This document shows positions 10,923-22,259 of a stretch of DNA of 64,000 nt, piece by piece. Position 1 is the first letter of the stretch. Each line of letters starts with the position of its first letter. The stretch is from Balanoglossus misakiensis (taxonomy: Eukaryota; Animalia; Hemichordata): contig CM082596.2 in NCBI GenBank assembly GCA_040954595.2, positions 4,395,025 to 4,459,024 of the forward strand. The letters are read 5' to 3'. The notes under the pieces are model-generated. The model worked only from the letters and a program-made list of their open reading frames with translations. It had not been told where the DNA came from and did not search any database. A program made the position numbers and the translations under genes.

Positions 10923-13194
10923 ATGCAGATCTTGTTCAACACGATTGTCCTGTCAGCATGGTTGATAAGCTGTGTGGCTTTTGGGTAAGTAGAGGTGGAA
11001 GCATAATCAATAATTTTAAAATCGAACGATTTTTTTAGAATAACTATCATGTGTAGTCAAGGGGTTAATATGATGTTTTCTGTTTTCAGTTCGTCGGTGG
11101 ATAATGTCTGTACACGGACTTTGATTAGGGTCGAACCAGTGGCTGAAGTCGAGTCCGTTACAACCCGAAGTGTTGAATACGTGCCGTTTGGAGAATGTGG
11201 ATGTGAAACCAAGACCCTCTATCGGTAAGAATCGAATTTTGTCAATGGGAAGGGAAGGGGAGAGGGGACTTAAACTAGAAACTCCCAAAATTCTGAATAC
11301 CCCCCCCCCCCCCAGCCAAGCGTGCGGAATTTGAGTCACCCCTTTTATATAACACAGAAATTTTTAGGGAGAGTATGCATATTTTTGGTCAACATGTTAT
11401 GTTTGGATGTCTTGTTCAATCTGACAGAACGGTGATCACCAATCACACAACGTATGTTGATCAAGTGGTTTACTATGATGAAGAGGTTTGCTGCATGGGA
11501 TGGCAAGGCGCAAACTGTGATATACGTAAGTAACAAACAAGGAAGTGGGACTAAGCCCAGGAAACATCGGAAAATAAAACTAGTTTGTAGTGAAGAACAT
11601 TGTATCCAAGAGTTGGTGCTACTTTACTACTTGTGTGTATGTATGAATGTATGTATGTGTAAGCGTGTATGCATTTGCTCAGGGATCTGACATTGCTAAT
11701 GTATCCTTTGTTACTAAGACACAGTTATCGTGTTTTTTTTGCAGCTGTGTGCGACCCGTCATGTGACTTTGGTAGGACGTGCATTGCTCCAAATACTTGT
11801 TCCTGTCCGCCAGGGTATGAAGGCAGTGACTGCTCAGGTAGATCAATTTGTGTACAAATCTAACAACCTGTCGGCATACTATTATAACAACCACAAATTA
11901 TAGTCTGATTCTTCGTCCCAATTTTACACCTGGATGCCTTGTAACCACGGAAACATGGGAAATAAGGCGTGAAATGAGACAACATCCCAAAGGCCCTAAA
12001 TGCCTGAGGTTCATATTTCGTAAAATAATACCCAGCTGAACGAATTGTTACAGATATCGACGAATGTGGAGAAAGCAATGGTGGATGTGAACAGACGTGT
12101 GTCAACACTGAAGGGTCGTACCACTGTCAATGCGACCAAGGTTACAAACTGAGGAGTGATGGGAAGACTTGTGAATTCATGTGTGGAGGTAAGAACAAGG
12201 ATGTCTATTTAAAGAAAATACCATTTTTCACTATTTAACATCGGCACATTAACAAATTGTTTTTTTTGTCAGTACCACAGAGCAAATGCTTTGGCTGCAA
12301 ACGTTATGAAGTCCACACAAGCAGTGAGGCTGAAGTAGACTGGAACACAGCTCGACAGAATTGTGAGGCTGCTGGGGCATTGCTGGCCATGCCCAAGACG
12401 TCTGATATCCACGTACAAATACGCGAGTATATCTTAAGGTAGGCGAAAAAAAAGTAACAGAAATTGTAAATATTTAAAGCTTTTCTTGATTGAGTAGGAC
12501 ACCAATAAGATTGGCCTATAGTCTTAAAAATTTCCACAGTTTGCCTGTCTGTCTGTCTCACTTGCCATTGCCTGTATTACAGCAACAACCTGGACATTGA
12601 GGTTGACAAAGGATTCTGGGTTGGTCTCCACGACAACAACGTGGAGGGTGAATATACATGGGTCGACGATAGTCTGCTGACCGACACTGGTTTTACCAAA
12701 TGGTCATCAGGAAACCCAAACAATAACACCAAGAAGGATGAAGTAAATGGACAAGACTGTGTACAACTGTGGTAAGTCTATGTATTACACACTATGCATA
12801 ATTTTTGATGAACAAACAAATTCTCCTCATCAGAGAGAGAGAGAGAGAGAGAGGGGAGGGGGGGGGGGGTTAATGGACATTCATTTAGAATGTAATCGTG
12901 ATGTTCTCGTCTTCTCAACTCAACATGTCTGTTCATTTTTGTATTGACAGGAAAGTGAGTCACTTGGATTGGGACGATGACTATTGCTTCAAAACCAAAG
13001 GATTCATCTGTGAATTCGACAGTAAGTCATTGGATGAATCCTCATAATTTGTACACTTTTCCCCAATTTTTCGAGTGCTTCAAACGCCACCCCAGACACG
13101 GTGTATGGAAATCGCTGACATTATGATGGCGCCAAGCACACCCATGATACATCATAACTCTTGCATTACTTTTTTTCTTGTTCCAGTTTGTTAA
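10923..13194 (+). CDS. Secreted protein: signal peptide, EMI-like domain, EGF, calcium-binding EGF, C-type lectin domain; 9 exons
   Basis: Exons 10923-10984 ([21 protein letters not shown]), 11090-11224 (NVCTRT...CGC), 11428-11525 ([13 protein letters not shown]), 11745-11837 (EGF), 12054-12188 (DIDEC...[12 protein letters not shown]), 12273-12438, 12583-12771 (FWVGLHD...WSSGNPNN...DCVQLW), 12951-13021 (WDDDYC...FICE) and 13187-13194 (IC*). All phases are consistent; the last mini-exon is the least certain. Confidence 0.88.
12832..12853. repeat. (GA)n microsatellite followed by a poly-G run, intronic
   Basis: AGAGAGAG... run visible directly in the lectin gene intron. Confidence 0.85.
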
Positions 13195-14272
13195 TGTGCG
13201 CCGCAGGAGATAAACACTACATTGGACAAAGACGCTGCGTTTACTGGAACTTATTGGGAAAATGGTATCGATATTTACAAATCATAGTGACTGTCCAAGG
13301 ACGACTAGTAGTGAACATTATCTCCACCAAGAGCGTGACCAATACCAATCACGTTAAGCTAGTGCTTGTAATTTTACATGTATACTGATGCTCTTTCTAG
13401 AATGCAATAAACTTTTAAGCCAAGAAGTATATTATCTTCTATACCACAATATACCCGAGATTTATGTAACATTAGTGTACAAGTCTAAATAAATAAACTG
13501 CACAAATTGACATAGTTTTTTTTATTTGAAAGCAGAATCTATAAAGATCATCGTAAGTAGAGGTGCTCCACCAGTACTTCAAGGTGAAGCATTTGGCACA
13601 AAATCATGACTGAATAACAATTATTCATATCCAGTCCCATTCACCATATTAAAAAAGTCATTCTTTAAAACATTTCCCCCAAAATTTGGTCCAGCCATCC
13701 TCAGCATCATTCTCACATTGACCAAAGATGGAATTTTTTCCCAACCGCACAATATGCAAATGCCCTCCTGAGGTTAACATCCGGAAAGTTTTCCAGACAT
13801 CTAACAAGGTTTTAGCCCCACAAACTCACAATTCGTAAACGTAACAACCCCCCCCCCCCCCCACAATGCCTAAACACACAGACCAATACATCAGTCCTGC
13901 CTTTATTGGACTCAGCCTGGATCAAAATATTGGTCTCAATTGGCCATATCCGACCTTGAAGCCCTATTGACCAGTTCAACTCCCCTTCAAATACACGAGA
14001 AGCTAGCCGGGTTGTCATTGGGGTCCGTGAAACTGACCAAAAGTGACCACGTGGAATGAGTAACAAAACGCAGACTTGTAAAGTGACTGGGGTGCTTTGA
14101 AACTGTCCTAAAAAATGTTACATGATTTTAGTGTGTGCTTAATTTGTTTCTTCCTGATTTCAAAGCATTATTGCTAAAATTACGAATAAAAAGTACAGCC
14201 AAAAGTACAACTACAGGTACCTGTCACTGCTCAGTGACCACGGAGACATCGCATCGCGTCACGCTGTCACGT

Positions 14273-17103
14273 CTACTGGAAACGAATCTGCGAGATGTGG
14301 CACGCGTTGCCAGCCACGTTCATAGAGGCCACGTTCTGGTAGGGCATGCGGTGGCGGTACTCCAACAGGTGCCGGCCGTTCACCGCCACTTTGAAGCAAT
14401 CCTGCTGGCAGAGGATGATGACCTCGAAGTTGGTGTTCGGCTCAAAGGGGAAGAAGGGCGCGTTCCTCTCCTCCGCTCCCCACTTGTTGGCCTGTTTGGT
14501 GTTGCACACGATCACCCGGTTCGGGAATCGCGGGTTGAAGTGCAAGGCGATGTTTTCGGCCCCTCCAGTAGCCGGGGTCAGATTGATATGGAATCTGAAT
14601 AAGAAATAAGAAAAAGATAAAAATCTGAATGTGAAATAGCTAGGCCAAAAAATGGTTCTGGTAAGCGCCAGTCCCATGTCCTTCTTCTTTCACAGTATGC
14701 GATTGCTTTGAAGGAATCCTACCTTTCAGGAGAAGGAGTGATGGAACCAGTGACAAAGATCATTCTGCCAGGATACATTCCACCCGGAATGCTGGATGTA
14801 TACGGCAAGGCCTGTAATGGCACAGAAATGAATAATTCATCAACAAGCATCTAAGTGGAAATTCATAGAAATGAAAACGAAAGTACCTTCAAATACTGTC
14901 ACATGAGGGCACACTTAAAACTGTTTTTGGCAGTTTTGCGCAGTCATTCAAAATCCTTACATGGCACATTTGTTCGCCCTTTCCTGGCTAACAGATGTTT
15001 GTACTTCAGGCTATACTTACTGGATTCATGATGGTTCCATGACCTGCCATGGGGGCGCCAGGGCCTGCCGCTGGCTGTGAAAATATCAAATGAGAAATTC
15101 CATCTTGTCAAACTATGAAATATTACGTGTTTTATTTACCAAGCACCTGATAACACATATACATTCAGGAAATGAGTTCCTATATGGGTTAAAGGTCGAA
15201 CTGTCAAAAAACGTCTGGAATGGCAATGGGGTGTGTTTGCAGTAAGCACGGCATTACACAAGTCTGCAAGCAGAAGTAGGAATTCTAATCTTGTCTAATC
15301 TTTTTACTCACCCCAGTTTCAAGTGGCAAAAGAATGGACTTGATCTGGACATCACCATTGACATGCAGAGTGTCAATCTTCCTCAGTGGTTTGACTCGGT
15401 GTTTGTACTCAAGGAAATGCTTACCATTTACTGCCACCTATTTTGAATATAATTAAAATGTAAGGATTTTAAAAATGTATTGTACGACAGTGTCTCATAG
15501 GCCCAGGCTTTAAGTATGACTATGAAAAAATGCTGACAGCGAAACATTTTACAAGCTTAACAATTTGAACACAGTCGAGTAGAGTAGGATATACCAAAGG
15601 TCAATTATAACAGGCTTTGATTTTCTTACACTACAGTGTCACTTGGTACAACTGTGAAAACCAATAAAAATATAAATTAATGAGTTACTATGTCATAAAA
15701 AAACCCAGCACAGCTGTTACAAAGTGTGATTTATATGTAGCATGCTCGGGTTAATTTAATATAAACTAAACAAAATTTTATTTCTACTGGATCATACCTT
15801 GTATCCTTCTTTCTCGGCCAATATCATCACTTCGAAATTCTCACCAGCTCTGAAAGGAAAGGACGTCACCTCGCGTTCTTCTGATTGCCATTTTTCTTTT
15901 TCTAGCGTGTTGCGAACGATGGCTCCTTCCTTTATTCTGACTGCCAGATGGAAAGCCACGTCAGCCCTGGGCTGGGTGCTTGCGCCCACCTGCAGGTTGA
16001 TGTGAAATCTGACCCAAAAAGTGGAAAAAAACACCCTGCGTTATCCTATCACCCAAACATGAATAATAAGTAATTTTTATATCCAGTGAACAACAAGTTC
16101 TACTCAACACCTTTAGAAAAGAAACTCTCTTCCTTTCCATGAAACTGAAAAATTCCTGGTACCAACACTTGATGTTCATAGAATTTGTACTGAAAGTTTA
16201 CCTGTTGGGATTTCTTGGAATAGTTCCAGATATGGTAATCATTTTGCCCGGTCTCATCCCACCCTTGATCTGACCAATATAAGGATTGGCCTAAAATGCA
16301 AAACAAGAACATAATATACATTTTAATCATTAGCAGCTGACAGATTTGATATTATCTCTGTGATCTGAAGATCTGTGATACCTAGTAAAAGTCAGAGCCA
16401 GGGTTGGGCCCACAAATTCCACGAACTGGGGGTGGGAACTTGAAGGCCAGGTTACATAATGTGTAAACATGAGTAGTTCGATACAACATGCTCAAGGCTG
16501 GAGGTTTTTACCAAGTTACCAGTGAGAGAGATAGAGTAGGCCTCTTTCTGTCCACATTTAAAACGACGAAAAGTCAGAAAACACTTTGTCCAATGTCCGA
16601 GTGTGCGCTGATTTTAAGCGCACTGCTGCTGGTAGATTTCAGCCCTGTTCTTATCAAGATCCCCAGGCATTGAAAAGTGTACACAGTTGACAGTTAATTT
16701 TATTGCCAACATACATGTAGTTGAGTTGACAGGCCATTTGTTTCCTTATCACTTTTTGTTTGCACTGTACCATGAATGTACCGAGACGGACGTACACTGT
16801 GATATCACGAAGTCGTGTTAGTACCCGGAAGCAATATATGACTGATTGCACTGATGTGCGCCATATCGTATGTTCAAAGTGAAACTGATTTTTTTTTTCA
16901 TGGGCGTGCTTTCCCACTACAATCATTTCTTTAGCACCAGCGTAGGTTTTTGGTAAGTTAGCGGTTTTACATGACAAGTTAACTTAAATCCTTACCGGGT
17001 TCAAGATCGGTTGCGGAGTCGGCTGGGGGTACCCCTGATGAGCCGGGTACGCAACGTGCACTCCCCATCCTGGGGGTGGAGGAGGATAACCATAGAAAGC
17101 CAT
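14273..17103 (-). CDS. Tandem-repeat (two-CRD) galectin, galectin-4/8/9-like, 7 exons
   Basis: Exons 17103-16996 ([36 protein letters not shown]), 16290-16202, 16008-15798, 15437-15312, 15074-15021 (linker), 14811-14723 and 14594-14273. CRD1 reads FHLAVR...VRNT...WQSEER and CRD2 reads LHFNPRF...VCNT...WGAEER. Confidence 0.95.
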
Positions 17104-18429
17104 CGCGATGACACGTTACCAAGACGACAAGGTTGTAGATAGTTGAACAGCAAGGCTAAGGAGCGAAGGCGATCTTTAAATGGCTTTAGACGGTCCGCTG
17201 AATCGCAGTGTTAGTGCAAATCACCTGACAGACAGTCACACACAGTACACGCCCATCAACTCTTTTGGGGTCGTCCGAGGACACACATCACCCATGCATA
17301 TCTTTCCACCATAATTATATAGGTCCTAGTTCTCATCATTTTCTTGACCGTTATTGAGCGATTAATCATTGGATTTATACATAATAATTTAAGTGGTTAT
17401 TTAACCTACTTTTAAAACGGACAATCAAACCCGTTTCATATGCATGGCCTAGTCTAAACATGGAAAATCACCTGGCGGAGTGATACGATATATATGTGTG
17501 GGTCAACGTTGACGCCTCCACAGTTCATATATATATGGACCCTTTGTTTCTACGACCACGCCCATCCTTCGGACGTTTTGCGCGTCAGGGAATGTCCGAA
17601 GCCTGGGGGTGTAAATTATCTCCACTTTCTCAACCCAACATATTCATAGAGTCTGAGAGGGGTACCCGGCAGATCGTGAACCTTGCTTAGACATAGTCCT
17701 ACAGCATGTTTTCGGGGTTGCAAAAACTTCTGGTTTGTAACTATTAAAACTTCCTCATTTGATCAATCTGATCAAAATCGGATATAGGGTACTGCGACGT
17801 CTTTTACTTAGGCGGTGCGGATGCTGTGTGAGGTTACCGCCACCAGTGTCCAATTAAAATTCAACTGTCGTTTTTATTCGTCGGTACCCGGACAAAAAAA
17901 CCTAGTTGCAAAAGATATAGAGGTCGCAAATATTCGGGAAATCCATTTTTGTCCAAATGTACGTGTATACTGAGTTTCCAGGTTGGCACTCGGGTACCGC
18001 CTAAAATCCTGTACTGTACCGTGATCATAACTGAACACACTTTGAAATGAACAACCACGATCACTTTGACGTGCGCATGTATCGCGAAACGTACAGGTAT
18101 TTTTTTCGGGGTGCAGTACTAGTACTAATACTCTACCATGCACACTATTGACCCACTTTTTCGCTGGTCTTTTTTCCTGTTCACGTGACTTTCGATCGAT
18201 GAATGAAAGTGCTACCTAGGTTGATGTTAGAAACAAGGCATACCATTGGGTTACATAAACCAGAATTGAAACACAGCTTCTAATATTAAAAAGTGTCTAA
18301 AAGTGGAAACAAATGAAGAAACTGTCACGCGAAAATAACAAATTCAGTCTGGTTATAGTACAACGGTTGTCTTTCTGAGTAGTTTGCTGAAATTTCGGCG
18401 AGAACGTCCTGAATACGTCTGCCCGCGAC

Positions 18430-18536
18430 ATTGTCCAATCAGAGAACATGCCTCTGGTGGCGTCATTTGCATAATTGCGACCCTCTGATTCTGACGGCGT
18501 CTTCTGATCTGATAGCCTGTTTTGGTAGGGTGAGTA
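18430..18536 (+). promoter_or_regulatory. Probable promoter and first non-coding exon of the MAGUK gene, divergent from the galectin
   Basis: CpG-rich patch with CCAAT (~18435), octamer ATTTGCAT (18465-18472) and a strong donor G/GTGAGT at 18531. The ATG-bearing exon at 22188 has an acceptor and so needs an upstream exon. Confidence 0.4.
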
Positions 18537-19540
18537 CTCAGTCCCTTTCTTCACTTTCACTTTCACAAATTGTCGAGAAATGTCACTTTTTTGCGAGATT
18601 CTGTGCGGTCGCGCTGTACATTAACTTATCGTGGAGTTTCCAGTGCGAAATTGTCGTTGCATTCCCTTCTCCGTCGCCTCGGAGTGAGGGTTTCCCCCCT
18701 ACGCGGGTTGTCAATCATGGCGTCTGGTCCGTACACAGCCAAGCCTATATACTATAACCTACCTGTTGGATCGAACACCAACAGTTTGTGTTTAAAACGC
18801 ACACATACACATCTCGTAATATGTAGCGATGAAAGTGTGAACACATTCATCGACACACACATACTCCGAGCTGTTTCGCGATCGCGGACAGTCGAGTCTC
18901 CTAACCTGTCCCGTTGAATATTCATGATGTTGGAACGCTTATTAAAAACGAACGTACGGTTAGCATCATCATTGCTCCAGTTTTGTGTTCTGTGCAAGTA
19001 AACAACACCACAGTACACGCGCTCTCGTCTCATAAACGCTATGCTATCAATCACATCAGTTACTGCCTGTCTAATTGTGTTCATTTTTACGTCCCCTCAC
19101 GTCTGTACATTCGCATTTTATTTAGTATCAAATTCCAGCCGCTCCAAACGAGGACAAACAACTTGCATTATTCCAACCAGCTGAATGGAACAGCCCTGGC
19201 CCTGCTCACGCCATTCATTGATTGTTATGTTACAATAATTAGGGTCCTGTTGTACCCTCTCCTTGTTTTGTAAAGCGGCGTACCTACCCTACCCAAGTTG
19301 GTCCCATGGCCCGCTGTAGCATCCCATTGTGAACTATATATATATGGTACAGGACAAGCTGGGCTTTATGTTAAAATTGCACCAGTTGAAACATTGAGCA
19401 TGAATACATAAGTGATGTTTTGTTAAGCACTATATAATATATAATAAACTAAATATGTCCAGCAAATTTAAACAGATGGATAAAATTACAATTAAACGTG
19501 GAACTTAGGCAATGAAATTTAGCGAATTAGGCTTGTCCAT

Positions 19541-19603
19541 TTCCCTTTCTAGAGGTCAAACTTTACCATGGATTTGGACTGAACCATGGTGGTGAAAGGG
19601 TTA
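19541..19603. mobile_element. Partial copy of the 85-bp piggyBac-like element
   Basis: TAGAGGTCAAACTTTACCATGGATTTGGACTGAACCATGGTGGTGAAAGGGTTA is near-identical to the right part of the 26282 copy, with a short internal deletion. Confidence 0.75.
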
Positions 19604-22259
19604 TTAAAACCCAGCCGCAGAAGGTGAATCCATAGGGATGATGTCAAAACCCACTCAAGTAGTAGTGTAAATATCACCAGCTAAGGTCAGATGGTTATCT
19701 GAAGGGTTTGCAGACTCCTACATTATATATTCCTCTAGGGTCTTTGCTTTTAGACAGGTTAACACCATAAGGTTTATATACAGCTTGTCTGGGATTATGT
19801 GTAAAAGTGCTGCACAGCATGGATTGTGGGAACACAGGACCTCAGGGGTAGAGGGTAAATATTCCCCCTGTAGTCACCACTCATGGTAATGGTCTCCTTG
19901 TTTACATATCCTGTGACACTTTGTTTGTTTAAATGACAGTAATCGCTATTAGCACTGCAGTCAGTTCACCAGTAATAGACCATCTGTTATCAGGCCACCA
20001 ATTAAACTGTGTTAGCAGAGCAGTTATTTCAAATTGTGAATAAACAGTCCTATGTCCAAAAGTTCAACCTACATGTATGTCATTGATGATAACAAAATAC
20101 AGTCAGAAGTCGGTACATTTGTATAATACGTAGTAATGTGCGTATTTGACTTCAGTTTGTCAGCATGCATGCAGTATCGGCCAATTGTGGAGTAATTTGC
20201 GCTGATGTTGTGCCAATTTTCCGTAGATTACCGCAGTAATTGATATTGCCAATATCCACAGCTGAGTCTACGGGAATTCACCAGACCTTATCGAAGAGGA
20301 CTATGTGCAGAGCTTGCTTGTGGAGTATATTTTGCCTCGGGCAATTGTAGAACTAAATTAATATTTCCAATAAAAAATATCAGCACAATATCCTGCCACA
20401 ATGACATTTTTATTGCAAAGAGTTGTGATTAAAAAGTGATTGTGGCGTTTCTGATTAAGAATATGATTATTTCATAATCATTGCTGGCATAAACTTTGAA
20501 CTGAAATGGTTACTGCAGCAGTTATTTTCTTACAGAAAACGATGTTGTGGCACAATATATGACCATCTGCTGTGTGCGTAATTGATTTCATTTTGCATAC
20601 ATCAACGTGTCATGTTCATTTCAGTGCGTTCGAAAATAAGCTGATATCAGCCGAGTGCACAATCTCCCCATAGTGACGGCTGTCTCCCCGTAGTAACAAA
20701 CATCAAGAAAGTCGTGACATAGATAAGGTCTACTCGCCCGCACATCAGGATACATTTTTGCATCTCAAATGTTTTGCCTTCAATAAAATGGTTGAGATAG
20801 GGAAACATTGGCCCTTTGGTGTTTGACGTGTCTGATTGTAGTACTGTCAACTCAAAGAGATAATATCCCCAACATATTGATATCATTTTTTTCTAGCAAT
20901 AGATTTGATATATTCTTGCTGAGAGTATCAATCAATTAATTTTATATTATAATTGTTGATGAAAATGGATAGAAGTAGGGTAATGCATACACATTTCATG
21001 TGTACGTTTAATGTTTTTATCAGTGGGCCTCAACTGAGGGGAATTGCCTCAATAATGTAAACAGTTCATTATATTTATGAGACTAAGTGCATTAAAAATA
21101 GCGCATGTGATTTATATAGAAGCCACCTGTGCACAGTTTGTGCATGAATGGTTAGTTTTGTTTTTGTACAGTGCCGTTAATAAAAGCTTTATGCCTTTGA
21201 GTTTGTCGATGTCCAGGCTCATAAATCTTGAATTTGATATCACTGAGTTATCACACAACACACAAGTTGTGTTCTGTTTGCCGGGAGTTTTCCTCTACTC
21301 AGCTGTCAGGGTTCATTTGATTTGACTTGCTCAGGTTAAAAAGGCCATTGCCCTCTGGAGCTCTACGACCCTCTGTAATCATATCATGCCTGTTTGTGAA
21401 AGGAACACCTCCCCAGACACCAGAGTCTAAATATAATATTGAGATATGATACGCTTGAATCTACTAAATCCTAAATGCTACAGGGAATTGATCTGCAAGT
21501 AACAGCGATCATGATGGAATATTATTTTTCCGCAGTTTTGAATATTTGATGGTTCTTTCTGGGCGGGAGAGTGGATCTTCGGTATCATACTGCGGTGTAT
21601 TTTTTTGCAGTATTTAATATTTGATGGTTGACCTTGTGACAGTTTTATAGTGTACATAGATGTGATCTCACAGTGAGACACTGACATTTTTGTAGCGGGA
21701 GTTGTATTCTGTGGAATGTCGGAACTAAGAAACTGACAAGTGCTTGAAGGCAATGTTAGTATTGTCGTTTGAAATTCATGCATGGGAATATTTCACATAA
21801 CTTACATTGCCTGCAAGTTTCACACACAGTAAAAGCCTTGTGCAACAGTGTTATTTTCAGTGAATTTGAAAATATACCAATGTAGAGAGGTCAGTGCACT
21901 GTGTTGAAAATCATTTCTTGTGTAAATTGCATTAATTTGAATATAGTATGTGCTAGTCCCACCCAATACATGCATGCGTGCAAGATCATTAATTTCTGAC
22001 AAAGATGTAAAAAAAAGAATGTTCACATCAAGCTGCAGAGGGCGCTGTAACTGCCATGAGTGCTTGTTAATACTTAGGGCCGTAGAATTTTGGTGCCTAC
22101 AATTCTGCAAATCATGGATACATAATTGTAAATAAAAGAAAATGTTTATTATACTTAATCGAAGTGACTTGTTTGATTTTTCTGTAGATTATTGAAGGCA
22201 GCTGTGGTTAAGTCCCTGGTTGGATTTTTATTTTGGAGTCTTGAGAGGAAGTAATCACC

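Noticed and set aside
14135-14602. 155-aa plus-strand ORF
   Set aside because: Antisense shadow of the GC-rich last galectin exon.
18570-19273. Cluster of 110-120 aa ORFs in the galectin-MAGUK interval
   Set aside because: No recognisable motifs or exon structure; consistent with chance ORFs in a CpG-rich first intron.
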